From assembly GCF_032444005.1 (NCBI RefSeq), contig NC_091288.1:221836001-221900000 (forward strand): DNA of 64,000 bases, written 5' to 3'. Position numbers and translations under genes: made by a program. The DNA comes from Ranitomeya imitator (lineage: Eukaryota). Of this stretch, positions 12,107 through 23,912 are shown one piece after another (within the stretch, counting starts at the first letter, position 1; each line of letters opens with the position of its first letter). Below the pieces are notes generated by a model. That model was not told the origin of the DNA. It saw only the letters and a list, made by a program, of their open reading frames with translations, and made no database searches.

Positions 12107-14887
12107 ATGCTCGCAAACGCCAGAAGCCTGACAAACAAGATGGAAGAACTAGAAGCAGAAATATCTACAGGTAACTTTGACATAGTGGGAATAACCGAGA
12201 CATGGTTAGATGAAAGCTATGACTGGGCAGTTAACTTACAGGGTTACAGTCTGTTTAGAAAGGATCGTAAAAATCGGAGAGGAGGAGGGGTTTGTCTCTA
12301 TGTAAAGTCTTGTCTAAAGTCCACTTTAAGGGAGGATATTAGCGAAGGGAATGAGGATGTCGAGTCCATATGGGTTGAAATTCATGGAGGGAAAAATGGT
12401 AACAAAATTCTCATTGGGGTCTGTTACAAACCCCCAAATATAACAGAAAGCATGGAAAGTCTACTTCTAAAGCAGATAGATGAAGCTGCAACCCATAATG
12501 AGGTCCTGGTTATGGGGGACTTTAACTACCCGGATATTAACTGGGAAACAGAAACCTGTGAAACCCATAAAGGCAACAGGTTTCTGCTAATAACCAAGAA
12601 AAATTATCTTTCACAATTGGTGCAGAATCCAACCAGAGGAGCAGCACTTTTAGACCTAATACTATCTAATAGACCTGACAGAATAACAAATCTGCAGGTG
12701 GTTGGGCATTTAGGAAATAGCGACCACAATATTGTGCAGTTTCACCTGTCTTTCACTAGGGGGACTTGTCAGGGAGTCACAAAAACATTGAACTTTAGGA
12801 AGGCAAAGTTTGAACAGCTTAGAGATGCCCTTAATCTGGTAGACTGGGACAATATCCTCAGAAATGAGAATACAGATAATAAATGGGAAATGTTTAAGAA
12901 CATCCTAAATAGGCAGTGTAAGCGGTTTATACCTTGTGGGAATAAAAGGACTAGAAATAGGAAAAACCCAATGTGGCTAAACAAAGAAGTAAGACAGGCA
13001 ATTAACAGTAAAAAGAAAGCATTTGCACTACTAAAGCAGGATGGCACCATTGAAGCTCTAAAAAACTATAGGGAGAAAAATACTTTATCTAAAAAACTAA
13101 TTAAAGCTGCCAAAAAGGAAACAGAGAAGCACATTGCTAAGGAGAGTAAAACTAATCCCAAACTGTTCTTCAACTATATCAATAGTAAAAGAATAAAAAC
13201 TGAAAATGTAGGCCCCTTAAAAAATAGTGAGGAAAGAATGGTTGTAGATGACGAGGAAAAAGCTAACATATTAAACACCTTCTTCTCCACGGTATTCACG
13301 GTGGAAAATGAAATGCTAGGTGAAATCCCAAGAAACAATGAAAACCCTATACTAAGGGTCACCAATCTAACCCAAGAAGAGGTGCGAAACCGGCTAAATA
13401 AGATTAAAATAGATAAATCTCCGGGTCCGGATGGCATACACCCACGAGTACTAAGAGAACTAAGTAATGTAATAGATAAACCATTATTTCTTATTTTTAG
13501 TGACTCTATAGCGACAGGGTCTGTTCCGCAGGACTGGCGCATAGCAAATGTGGTGCCAATATTCAAAAAGGGCTCTAAAAGTGAACCTGGAAATTATAGG
13601 CCAGTAAGTCTAACCTCTATTGTTGGTAAAATATTTGAAGGGTTTCTGAGGGATGTTATTCTGGATTATCTCAATGAGAATAACTGTTTAACTCCATATC
13701 AGCATGGGTTTATGAGAAATCGCTCCTGTCAAACCAATCTAATCAGTTTTTATGAAGAGGTAAGCTATAGACTGGACCACGGTGAGTCATTGGACGTGGT
13801 ATATCTCGATTTTTCCAAAGCGTTTGATACCGTGCCGCACAAGAGGTTGGTACACAAAATGAGAATGCTTGGTCTGGGGGAAAATGTGTGTAAATGGGTT
13901 AGTAACTGGCTTAGTGATAGAAAGCAGAGGGTGGTTATAAATGGTATAGTCTCTAACTGGGTCGCTGTGACCAGTGGGGTACCGCAGGGGTCAGTATTGG
14001 GACCTGTTCTCTTCAACATATTCATTAATGATCTGGTAGAAGGTTTACACAGTAAAATATCGATATTTGCAGATGATACAAAACTATGTAAAGCAGTTAA
14101 TACAAGAGAAGATAGTATTCTGCTACAGATGGATCTGGATAAGTTGGAAACTTGGGCTGAAAGGTGGCAGATGAGGTTTAACAATGATAAATGTAAGGTT
14201 ATACACATGGGAAGAAGGAATCAATGTCACCATTACACACTGAACGGGAAACCACTGGGTAAATCTGACAGGGAGAAGGACTTGGGGATCCTAGTTAATG
14301 ATAAACTTACCTGGAGCAGCCAGTGCCAGGCAGCAGCTGCCAAGGCAAACAGGATCATGGGGTGCATTAAAAGAGGTCTGGATACACATGATGAGAGCAT
14401 TATACTGCCTCTGTACAAATCCCTAGTTAGACCGCACATGGAGTACTGTGTCCAGTTTTGGGCACCGGTGCTCAGGAAGGATATAATGGAACTAGAGAGA
14501 GTACAAAGGAGGGCAACAAAATTAATAAAGGGGATGGGAGAACTACAATACCTAGATAGATTAGCGAAATTAGGATTATTTAGTCTAGAAAAAAGACGAC
14601 TGAGGGGCGATCTAATAACCATGTATAAGTATATAAGGGGACAATACAAATATCTCGCTGAGGATCTGTTTATACCAAGGAAGGTGACGGGTACAAGGGG
14701 GCATTCTTTGCGTCTGGAGGAGAGAAGGTTTTTCCACCAACATAGAAGAGGATTCTTTACTGTTAGGGCAGTGAGAATCTGGAATTGCTTGCCTGAGGAG
14801 GTGGTGATGGCGAACTCAGTCGAGGGGTTCAAGAGAGGCCTGGATGTCTTCCTGGAGCAGAACAATATTGTATCATACAATTATTAG
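12107..14887 (+). CDS. CR1 ORF2p (APE endonuclease and reverse transcriptase), 926 aa from the first ATG
   Basis: ITETWLD, VMGDFN and SDHN endonuclease motifs; GVPQGSVLGP and FADDTKL RT motifs; uninterrupted frame, also open upstream into the end of ORF1. Confidence 0.96.
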   Translation: MLANARSLTNKMEELEAEISTGNFDIVGITETWLDESYDWAVNLQGYSLFRKDRKNRRGGGVCLYVKSCLKSTLREDISEGNEDVESIWVEIHGGKNGNKILIGVCYKPPNITESMESLLLKQIDEAATHNEVLVMGDFNYPDINWETETCETHKGNRFLLITKKNYLSQLVQNPTRGAALLDLILSNRPDRITNLQVVGHLGNSDHNIVQFHLSFTRGTCQGVTKTLNFRKAKFEQLRDALNLVDWDNILRNENTDNKWEMFKNILNRQCKRFIPCGNKRTRNRKNPMWLNKEVRQAINSKKKAFALLKQDGTIEALKNYREKNTLSKKLIKAAKKETEKHIAKESKTNPKLFFNYINSKRIKTENVGPLKNSEERMVVDDEEKANILNTFFSTVFTVENEMLGEIPRNNENPILRVTNLTQEEVRNRLNKIKIDKSPGPDGIHPRVLRELSNVIDKPLFLIFSDSIATGSVPQDWRIANVVPIFKKGSKSEPGNYRPVSLTSIVGKIFEGFLRDVILDYLNENNCLTPYQHGFMRNRSCQTNLISFYEEVSYRLDHGESLDVVYLDFSKAFDTVPHKRLVHKMRMLGLGENVCKWVSNWLSDRKQRVVINGIVSNWVAVTSGVPQGSVLGPVLFNIFINDLVEGLHSKISIFADDTKLCKAVNTREDSILLQMDLDKLETWAERWQMRFNNDKCKVIHMGRRNQCHHYTLNGKPLGKSDREKDLGILVNDKLTWSSQCQAAAAKANRIMGCIKRGLDTHDESIILPLYKSLVRPHMEYCVQFWAPVLRKDIMELERVQRRATKLIKGMGELQYLDRLAKLGLFSLEKRRLRGDLITMYKYIRGQYKYLAEDLFIPRKVTGTRGHSLRLEERRFFHQHRRGFFTVRAVRIWNCLPEEVVMANSVEGFKRGLDVFLEQNNIVSYNY

Positions 14888-14996
14888 GTTCTGTAGAAGG
14901 ACGTAGATCTGGGGATTTATTGTGATGGAATATAGGCTGAACTGGATGGACAAATGTCTTTTTTCGGCCTTACTAACTATGTTACTATGTTACTAT

Positions 14997-15105
14997 GAAG
15001 GAAGACTTTAAGTCCATCTAGTTCAACCCATAGCCTAACCTAACGTGCCCTAACATGCTGATCCAGAGGAAGGCAAAAAAAACCCCATGTGGCAAATAGT
15101 AAGCT
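14997..15105 (-). repeat. Older antisense CR1-like 3' end (other part at 10631-10671) that served as the target of the full-length CR1
   Basis: Joining the two sides gives gttacatagttacatagttattaaggttgaagg/aagactttaagtccatctagttcaacc, the reverse complement of a CR1-type tail with (ACTATGTA)n. Confidence 0.75.
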
Positions 15106-16492
15106 TTATTGTGGTCAAATGGACAGATACTCCAGTCTCTGCTTGAAAATTCTGCATCTCCTTTAGGGTTGCATTTAGTCTCTGGGCTGCCCCTCTCTCA
15201 GACAGGGCTGACAGTCAGCCTCCCTTGTCCCGGCTGACGATTTTGGTGGCATGTTTTTTTGTGGCACCATGTTCTTTTCATTAGATGATTGATGATAATG
15301 GATTTGATAGTGCTCTGGTTATCATCAGATATTTAGATTTTTTTTTATAACCCAACCATGACTTGTACATCACAACAACCTTGTTTCTGACTTGTTTGGA
15401 GATCTCCTTGGTCTTTATGGTGTTGTTGGTTAGTGGTGCCTCTTGCTTAATGGTATTGCAGCCTCTGTGGTCTTTCAGAAAAGGTGTATGTATATTGACA
15501 GACCATGTAACACTTAGTGAAATGAAGTCTGTTGTGAATTCCGTTCTTGGGCTCCCTCCAGTAAAGAATTAAAATAAAAAATATTGCTATACTCACCCTC
15601 TGACGCGCCCTGGTACTAACCGGGAGCCTTCCTTCCTTAGAATCAGCTCGTGAAAGACCAATCAGAAGCCGCAACGTCACCGAAGGTCCTTCAAGCGCTG
15701 ATTCTTAGGAAGGAAGGCTGCCGGAATGAAGCAGGGCGCGTCCGAGGGTAAGTATATACCTAATAGGTATACACTTAAATATGGATCGCAGGGCCTGAAG
15801 GAGAGTTTCCTCTCCTTCAGACCTTGGGAACCATTGGAAACCCAATGCACTGCATTGGGTTTCGTGTTTCGGCCGACCCCGACTTTTTTATAGGATCGGC
15901 CGATTTCACTCGACCCGACTTTTGAAAAAGTCGGGTTTCGTGAAACCCGACCCGATCCTATAAAAGTAAAAGTCGCTCAACCCTATTGAGGGCACCATGA
16001 CTGCAGGTATATTGTGATGATGGTTTGAGAAATTCATGGAGCCATTATATGGATATATGTGAAGGGGTTAGGTGCAATAGTCACTTTCATTGAACGTTAT
16101 AAGCTATAGGATTTTTGTGGTGACATACCTGCACCTTATCCAAATGATCCAATTAGCATTAGGCTTCATGGACAAATTAGATTTCATTTTACCGCTAACA
16201 TTTTTATGGTGACCAGTAAAAGATAACTATAGGCCTTCTATAGAACGTTAATGTGATGGCCATGTTGCTTATTGATGTGTGATTCCATTCTTTCTATTTC
16301 TGCAAAACTTTCAACAGATGGGTAAAACCATCTGAGGTGTACTCGTTTATATATATATTAAAAAGTGTTATTGTAAATCTGTCATTTTTTATGATAATAG
16401 AAATAAAGGTTGTTATATTGGAAAATGACTCCTTCGTTTTCTCGATTGGTAAATAGTCTTTGGTATATGAGGTGCTCTCTTTAAGTGTATAT

Positions 16493-17435
16493 TCCTCTCA
16501 CCCACTCTCCCAGCCTGACTGACAGCTGTTCAGTCTCCTCTCACCCACTCTCCCAGCCTGACTGACAGCTGTTCAGTCTCCTCTCAACCACTCTCCCAGC
16601 CTGACTGACAGCTGTTCAGTCTGCTCTCAACCACTCTCCCAGCCTGACTGACAGCTGTTCAGTCTCCTCTCACCCACTCTCCCAGCCTGACTGACAGCTG
16701 TTCAGTCTCCTCCCACCCACTCTCCCAGCCTGACTGACAGCTGTTCAGTCTCCTCTCACCCACTCTCCCAGCCTGACTGACAGCTGTTCAGTCTGCTCTC
16801 AACCACTCTCCCAGCCTGACTGACAGCTGTTCAGTCTCCTCTCACCCACTCTCCCAGCCTGACTGACAGCTGTTCAGTCTCCTCTCACCCACTCTCCCAG
16901 CCTGACTGACAGCTGTTCAGTCTCCTCCCACCCACTCTCCCAGCCTGACTGACAGCTGTTCAGTCTCCTCTCACCCACTCTCCCAGCCTGACTGACAGCT
17001 GTTCAGTCTGCTCTCAACCACTCTCCCAGCCTGACTGACAGCTGTTCAGTCTCCTCCCACCCACTCTCCCAGCCTGACTGACAGCTGTTCAGTCTCCTCC
17101 CACCCACTCTCCCAGCCTGACTGACAGCTGTTCAGTCTCCTCTCACCCACTCTCCCAGCCTGACTGACAGCTGTTCAGTCTGCTCTCAACCACTCTCCCA
17201 GCCTGACTGACAGCTGTTCAGTCTCCTCCCACCCACTCCCCCAGCCTGACTGATAGCTGTTCAGTCTCCTCTCACCCACTCTCCCAGCCTAACAGCTGTT
17301 CAGTCTCGTCTCACCCACTCTCCCAGCCTGACTGACAGCCGTTCAATCTGCTCTCACCCACTCTCCCAGCCTGACTGACAGCTGTTCAGTCTCCTCTCAC
17401 CCACTCTCCCAGCCTGACTGACAGCTGTTCAATCT
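16493..17435. repeat. 43-bp minisatellite (CCCACTCTCCCAGCCTGACTGACAGCTGTTCAGTCTCCTCTCA)n, about 22 copies; two more copies at about 10283-10365
   Basis: Visible tandem array. Confidence 0.95.
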
Positions 17436-17788
17436 CATGACATATGAGTTATTTCATTCTATACCTAGGCTCATAAAATGCTTATCTTAATATCAGGATG
17501 ACACACCCATTCTGACATGGATTTTCACAGTAAATATACCAGCCTCTTCAGCACTAAGAGATCAGTCTAATAATGTATTCAGTCTATATGAAATCTGGTG
17601 AGAGATCTGCTTCATACGTTGAGAACAAGGAGTGGCTATGAGATACATAAGATAATTTGTGTTGTTTTTACTTTCTCTGCTAGTATGTAACATTATTTCA
17701 TACTTACAGTAGAGAGGCAGCGTAATATGGAAATTATGTAAAATGTCGTCTAGTAAAAGAACATAAAACACATTTTCTATTCCCTTCT

Positions 17789-18670
17789 TCAATGTCTCCT
17801 CATCGTCCTGCTGCAAGGAAATATGTTTGTCTTCAGTTTTGGATTTCCTACAATGAATATAATGGACTGGAAGGTAGAATATAACATTAGAAATAGCCAG
17901 CAGAGCATGTCCACCACTATGTCCACACGTAACTTTGCCATTAATAAACCCACAGACACCAAGCAAAGAATCAAGTCTAGAATCAGGCGCGTGGCCATGG
18001 TTTTCACTGCTCCACCATGAGCCTTTAGCTGAGGCCTCCTGAAGTTATTCTCGCCATTTTTCATCTTCATGATATGACTCAGGAGGGAACGGATGCTGAG
18101 CACAATCGATGTGAAAGTTATAAGAAAGGGGAAGAAGCAACCAAACATCAAGTTAAAGATTATATGTGGGTAATGAATTTCAAGCGTATGATCAGTCATA
18201 TTGGGATGGAAGGTTATCTGTAGAGTCCAGAGAAGTGGTATGTTAATTACAAGGGAGCCTATGAGGGATCCTAAGAGAAGCAGAGGAACACATGGAGAGA
18301 ACCATAGCTTCATCTGGATGAAGAACTGGTTGGGAAGGTTGACCAGTTTCAGGCAGTAGTAGACGGAGAGCCAGGTGGCATGCCAGAAACTCAGTTCTAT
18401 CAGGAAATACAGAATTATCAAGTCCAAGATGTAGACTTCTTGTACAAACCTCACGTAGCTAAAAAAAAGATACAGGGAACCATCGAGAGTGATGGAGCAC
18501 TGAAGAAGGAGATGAGTTACCGTTGTGGAGAAGACAATGTAACCAGCAGGTTGATGCTTCTGGCTCCAGGTTCTGCAGTATTCGGTGATTATTGATGAGT
18601 TCATTGAGAGTCCAGATATCAGTGTCAAGACTAAAATGATTGCCTTGATGATCTTTACCGACAGCAGCAT
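17789..18670 (-). CDS. TAS2R: Bitter taste receptor (TAS2R family), 293 aa from ATG 18670
   Basis: SFWHATWLSVYYCLKLVN (TM3), ECL2 sequon NMT, FPFLI (TM5), FQSIIFIVGNPKLK (TM7). The track start at 18760 is a TTG, so the first in-frame ATG was used. Confidence 0.93.
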   Translation of the reverse strand: MLLSVKIIKAIILVLTLISGLSMNSSIITEYCRTWSQKHQPAGYIVFSTTVTHLLLQCSITLDGSLYLFFSYVRFVQEVYILDLIILYFLIELSFWHATWLSVYYCLKLVNLPNQFFIQMKLWFSPCVPLLLLGSLIGSLVINIPLLWTLQITFHPNMTDHTLEIHYPHIIFNLMFGCFFPFLITFTSIVLSIRSLLSHIMKMKNGENNFRRPQLKAHGGAVKTMATRLILDLILCLVSVGLLMAKLRVDIVVDMLCWLFLMLYSTFQSIIFIVGNPKLKTNIFPCSRTMRRH

Positions 18671-20309
18671 GATGGCATGAAAGATGGTTCCAGGAGGATG
18701 ATGGATGAAGGAGTGGCGGGCGCCAGCAGAAAAAATCAGCAGAACACATAATTGATGCAAATCTGGACAATATCTCGTTTCTGTTTGTACTTTGTTTTTA
18801 CTGTTTCTTCAAAGCAGCACAATGATGTCCATAAGAAATGACTGAAGCAATGTACCTTCAATATCATCGATGTGACTGACATATATTCTGTGTTTACCCA
18901 CAATTTCTGCAGTCTAAAAAATAATTCATAAACGTTTCTACTAAACGTTATTGTTAATGTTCATGTGGAGCCCAAGTTGGTAAAGTATGATTGTTCGAAG
19001 AAAAGATAAAAAGAGACAGGAGCTTCACGGAGGTAGTAAATGAGTGGTAGAATGAGGGAAAACACTCAGTTATGAAGTCCTCACCATGCAGGTTGCGCTA
19101 GGAAAGGCACAAAACTATTGAGAACCTGAAAAACAGGGACTGCTTCTCCTCGGGAAGCCAGCTGAAGAGGGATTCCACTGGTGTGGTCAAAGAGCATGAG
19201 GTAGGAGAAAAGCCGATCTACGGAGGCACCAGCCCATGGATACAACGCGTCAGGTATCTTCCAAAGACAGGTATCCTACATCGTTTTTAAGATCTCATTA
19301 ATATGTATAAATATGTGTGTGGTTAATACAAAGGACGGTGCATGACTTACTCCATCCAAAGACCATACTATGGACTAGAAGACACTCATCATAGGTGGAA
19401 GAAAGGCAATTCCGGCACATAAATAGGAAAGGGTTCTTTACAGTCAGAATGCCAACCACAAGAGGTAGTAATGGCCGACACTATAACAGCTTTTATACAA
19501 GGGCCAGGTGATTTCCTCAAGGCACATAACATTGTGCGTTAGGTCTCTTTCACATGTCCATTTATTTCCAGTACCGGAAAAAAGGGTACCAGAGATATCC
19601 GTGTCCATGTGTATAATACATGCGCCACACTTGTGGCAACCATGTGCTGCCTGTGTGCCGCATGAGTACCACACTAACGGCTGCCAGGGAAGAAGCGCCA
19701 CAGTAAGCGCTGTTCCCCGGCGGTGGGTGCTGAAGACAGCTCTCATCATTCTCCCCTGCCCCGGCTTATATTAAAGTCAGAAGGATGACAGTAGGCAGGG
19801 GCTTTTGGGACTATTACTCCCATCATCTGACACCTGCTGCCGCTAATAACAGTGACAGCAGGAGCGGATGATTGGGGTGTTCTTCAGCCATCGTCTGCAA
19901 TATAAATAAATAAATAAATGAATGAATGAAAAACCTGGCGTGGGTTCTCCCCTATTTTCTTTAACCAACCAAGCAAAACTCCCGGATGGGGACTGCAACC
20001 CACAGCTGTCAGTTTCAGCAACGTTGGTTATCAAGAATAGAACGGTCCCCATGCAGTTTTTTAAATTATTTAATTAAATAATTTAAAAAATGGCGTGAGT
20101 TTTCCCCCATTATTGACAACCAGCCTTCCTAAAGCTCACAGCTGGGGGTTGCTATTCTCAGACTGGTAAGGAGCTAATAATATAGTCCTCCCCAGCCTAA
20201 AAACAATCGGTGGCAAGCGGGGTTCATATTTGTGAGGTTGATGTCACCTTTGTATTGTCAGGTGACATCAAGCCCACGGCTTAGTAATGGAGAGGTCTCT
20301 ATGGATGGA

Positions 20310-22004
20310 GGCACATGGCTCCATCCATTCTCCCAGTGATGCGGTGAAGTAGTCATGTGCCCTTAGCAGAGAAACACTCCAAAAACATAATGTTTCCACC
20401 TCCATGCTTAACAGTGGGGATGGAGTTCTTTGGGTCATAGGCAGCACTTCTCTTCCTCCAAACACAGCGAGTTGAGTTAATGCCAAATAGCTCAATTTTT
20501 GTCTCATCTGACCACAGAACCTTCTCCCAATTATTCACAGAATCATCCATGTGTTCATTGGCAAACTTCAGACGGGCCTGCACATGTGCTTTCATGAGCA
20601 GGGGACCTTATGGGCACTGCAGGATTTTAAATCTTTACGGTGTATTGTGTTAGCAATGGTTTTCTTGGTGACTGTGGTTCCAGCTGCCTTAAGATCATTA
20701 ACAAGTTCCCCCCGTGTAGTTTTAGGCTGATCTCTCACCTTCCTCTTGATCAAGGATACCCAAGGTGAGATTTTGCATTGTGCCCCAGATCGATGTCGAT
20801 TGACAGTCATTTTGTATTTCTTCCATTTTCCTACAATTGCACCAACAGTTGTCTCCTTCTCACCCATCACCTTATGTATGGTTTTGTAGCCCATTTAAGC
20901 TTTGTGCAGGTCTATGATCTTGTCTCTGACATCCTTAGAAAGCTTTTTGGTCTTGCCCATGTTGTAGAGGTTAGAGTCTTATTGATTAGCTGAGTCTGTG
21001 GACAGGAGTCTTTAATAAAGGTGACTATGTAAGACAGCTGTCTTTAATGCAGGTAATGAGTTGATGAGGAGCTTCTAACTGGTCTGTAGGAGCCAGAACT
21101 CTTAATGGTTGGTAGGGGATCAAATACTTATTTCTCGCTGCAAAATGCAAATGTATATAATTTATACAATGTGATTTTCTGGATTTTATTTTTGATATAT
21201 CTGTTAGGGCTAGCGGAACATACCGAGAAAATAGAGATATTTATTATAAATGGTGCGTTCGCGTCCACCGTGCAGGTGGAACCTGCTGCTAGCGAATGGC
21301 GGCACTGTTAGGCGGTATAGGCTAGCTCTGTTACTCCACAGAGTAGCCGTAAAAGGTAAGCACTGCGCCCTGTTAGCCTCACAGGAGCACAAGCTTACTG
21401 CCAAGCTGATAGCAGTCAGTGGTTATGCAACATGCAATCTCCTCACCGGAGAAGCCGGTATTCTAGGGGCTTATTTCAGCCGGGTCCCTGAACACACTCA
21501 TACATAACCACACTGGCGCAAAGCACATATATGTGCGAGCCTTACATAGCTGCAGCACGTTTAGGACCTTTGAAAGAAGGACCAATGGAGAGCTGCAGTA
21601 CCTGAGCATGTGACCCCAGATCTCCACTGAGAGATCTTACTCTGGGCATGCTCAGAATGTGAAAAGCAGGATTTAGCCCCAGAAGCGTCCGCTCGCCGCT
21701 GCCCAGCACTGACTTCAATGGCAAAAGCAGGAAATGCAGCAGTAACTCTTAGCACAGAGTCAGACTGAGCGAGACGCTGGGATCGACGTCTCCGCTGAGC
21801 AGGCTCCACTGCGGCAGGAGAAGAATGGGAGACCGCAGCGGAGATGGCCCGAGATTCCCCCTGTGCAGAGGCGGGAACTCGACCCCTAACAATATCTCTC
21901 AATGTTAAAATTAACCTACTCTTAAAGTTATAGACTGTTCATGTCTTTTTCAGTGGGCAAACTTACAAAATCAGCAAGGGATCAAATAATTAGTTCCTTC
22001 ACTG
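20310..22004 (-). mobile_element. Tc1-like DNA transposon, 3'-truncated and frameshifted, with a solo LTR in its left inverted repeat
   Basis: Transposase pieces MGYKTI...[20 protein letters not shown] and WEKVLWSDETKIELFG...VKHGGGNIM (first catalytic D). Terminus CAGTG followed by TA at 22005-22006. Inner direct repeat at about 21113-21140. Confidence 0.9.
21202..21891. repeat. Solo LTR, gypsy family 1
   Basis: TGTTAGGG...CCCTAACA; 5-bp TSD ATATC. Confidence 0.93.
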
Positions 22005-22039
22005 TATGTGGCTTGATAGGAGGGCAGCAGAGAGACAAA

Positions 22040-23430
22040 ACCCCTATCTAATGATCTAACCCCACTTCCTATATAAAGACAAAGATCCATCCCACATGCT
22101 ATAGAGAGAAAAATCCTCCCCACTTCCTATGGAGACATAAAGGTCCTCGTCACTTCCTGCAGAGAGACAAAGATCCTCCCCACTTCCTGTAGAGAGGCAA
22201 AGATCCTCCCCACTTCTTGTGGAGAGACAAAGATCCTCCTCACTTCCTGTAGAGAGGCAAAGATCCTCCCCACTTCCTTTGGAGAGATAAAGATCCTTTC
22301 CACTTCCTGTAGAGAGACAAAGATCCTCCTCACTTACTATAAATAGACAAAGATCCTCCTCACTTCCTGTGGAGAGACAAAGATCCTCCCCACTTCCTAT
22401 GGAGACATAAAGGTCCTCGTCACTTCCTGCAGAGAGACAAAGATCCTCCCCACTTCCTGTAGAGAGGCAAAGATCCTCCTCACTCCCTGTAGAGAGACAA
22501 AGATCCTCCCCACTTCCTATGGAGAAATAAAGGTCCTCGTCACTTCCTTTGAGAGACAAAGATCCTCCCCACTTCCTGTAGAGAGGCAAAGATCCTCCCC
22601 ACTTCCTGTGGAGAGATAAAGATCCTTTCCACTTCCTGTAGAGAGACAAAGATCCTCCTAATTTACTATAAAGAGACAAAGATCCTCCTCACTTCCTGTG
22701 GAGAGACAAAGACCCTCCCCACTACCTGTAGAGAGACAATGATCCTCCTCACTTCCTGTAGAGAGACAAAGATCCTCCCCACTTCCTGTGGAGAGACAAA
22801 GATCCTCCTCACTTCCTGTAGAGAGACAAAGATCCTCCCCACTTCCTGTGGAGAGACAAAGATCCTCCTCACTTCCTGTAGAGAGACAAAGATCCTCCCC
22901 ACTTCCTGTAGAAAGACAAAGATCCTCCTCACTTTCTGTAGAGAGACAAAGATGCTTCCCACTTCCCATAGAGAGACAAAGATCCTCCCCACTTCCTGTG
23001 GAGAGACAAAGATCCTCCCCACTCCCTGTGGAGAGACAAAGATCCTCCCCACTCCCTGTGGAGAGACAAAGATCCTCCCCACTCCCTGTGGAGAGACAAA
23101 GATCCTCCCCACTCCCTGTGGAGAGACAAAGATCCTCCCCAGTTCCCATAGAGAGACAAAGATCCTCCTCACTTCCTGTATAGAGACAACGATCCTCCCC
23201 ACTTCCTGTAGAGAGACAATGATCCTCACCACTTCCTGTAGAGAGATGAATATTCTCCCCACTTCCTGTAGAGAGACAAAGATCCTCCCCACTTCCTGTA
23301 GAGAAACAAAAACCTTTTCTCACTTCCTGATGGGAGAAAATGATCTAACCCCACTTCCTGTAGAGAGGAAAGAACCATCCCACTTCCTATAGAGAGATGA
23401 AGATCATCTTCACTTCCTGTCCTACCTTCA
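22040..23430. repeat. 30-bp minisatellite (GAGAGACAAAGATCCTCCCCACTTCCTGTA)n, about 45 copies
   Basis: Visible tandem array; source of the 10-aa-periodic ORFs on both strands. Confidence 0.95.
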
Positions 23431-23912
23431 CATAGAGAGCTCCATCTCCACATCCTATAATTTCATGGTCAGTGCTGCTAGAGAAAGATTACACTTGACA
23501 AAATAACAGAAATGCCGACAGAAGGCGCACACCTAGTAGCAGCCCTTTTAATTGATTTTTGGGAATAAGACAACATAATGGTGAAATAATGTAATTTGTA
23601 GATTTTCTTTTTAACATATCATTTATGAATTTTGTCCCATTGTCTGATCGCACACTGACATTTTATATTTTAAAATATATTGTGGAAAATTTCAGCAGAT
23701 GGAGACTGACCTGCAGGGAAATGAACAAGTATCAGGTGATCGAGGACTGGAACACAGAACCCTGATCAGATATCATCCAGCTATGAAATTCAGACTGTAG
23801 GTAGATTTGCTTGCAATGATTAGAAGCATTAGACACAGATCTGCAGTCTTCTTCTTACTGAGAATACTCAAGATTTTCATTGTGGCTGAGGATTGATCAC
23901 AGTCTGAAGATC

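Larger units (their letters stand above)
10672..14996 (+). mobile_element. Full-length CR1 LINE with intact ORF1 and ORF2
   Basis: About 340-bp 5' UTR, ORF1, ORF2, and a 3' UTR ending in (ACTATGTT)n-type octamer repeats; short TSD (t)gaagg. Confidence 0.95.
10425..15985. mobile_element. hAT-type MITE split by about 4.9 kb of nested insertions
   Basis: TIR TAGGGTTGAGCGA / TCGCTCAACCCTA; 8-bp TSD TTGAGGGC at 10417-10424 and 15986-15993. The halves (10425-10630 and about 15553-15985) rejoin like the intact relative at 8588. Confidence 0.85.

Noticed and set aside
14233-14880. 215-aa antisense ORF, repeated at 32942-33589
   Set aside because: Antisense shadow of CR1 ORF2. The duplication reflects the two CR1 copies.
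16493-17435. CRISPR-like appearance (palindromic repeat unit)
   Set aside because: The units are contiguous with no unique spacers, there are no cas genes, and the context is eukaryotic.
19225-19265. Hammerhead-like ...AACGCGTCAGG motif
   Set aside because: The CUGANGA and GAAA cores are missing, so it is too degenerate to call.
22056-23453. Long ORFs on both strands with 10-aa periodicity
   Set aside because: They arise because the 30-bp unit lacks stop codons in several frames. There is no unique flanking coding sequence or splice signal.
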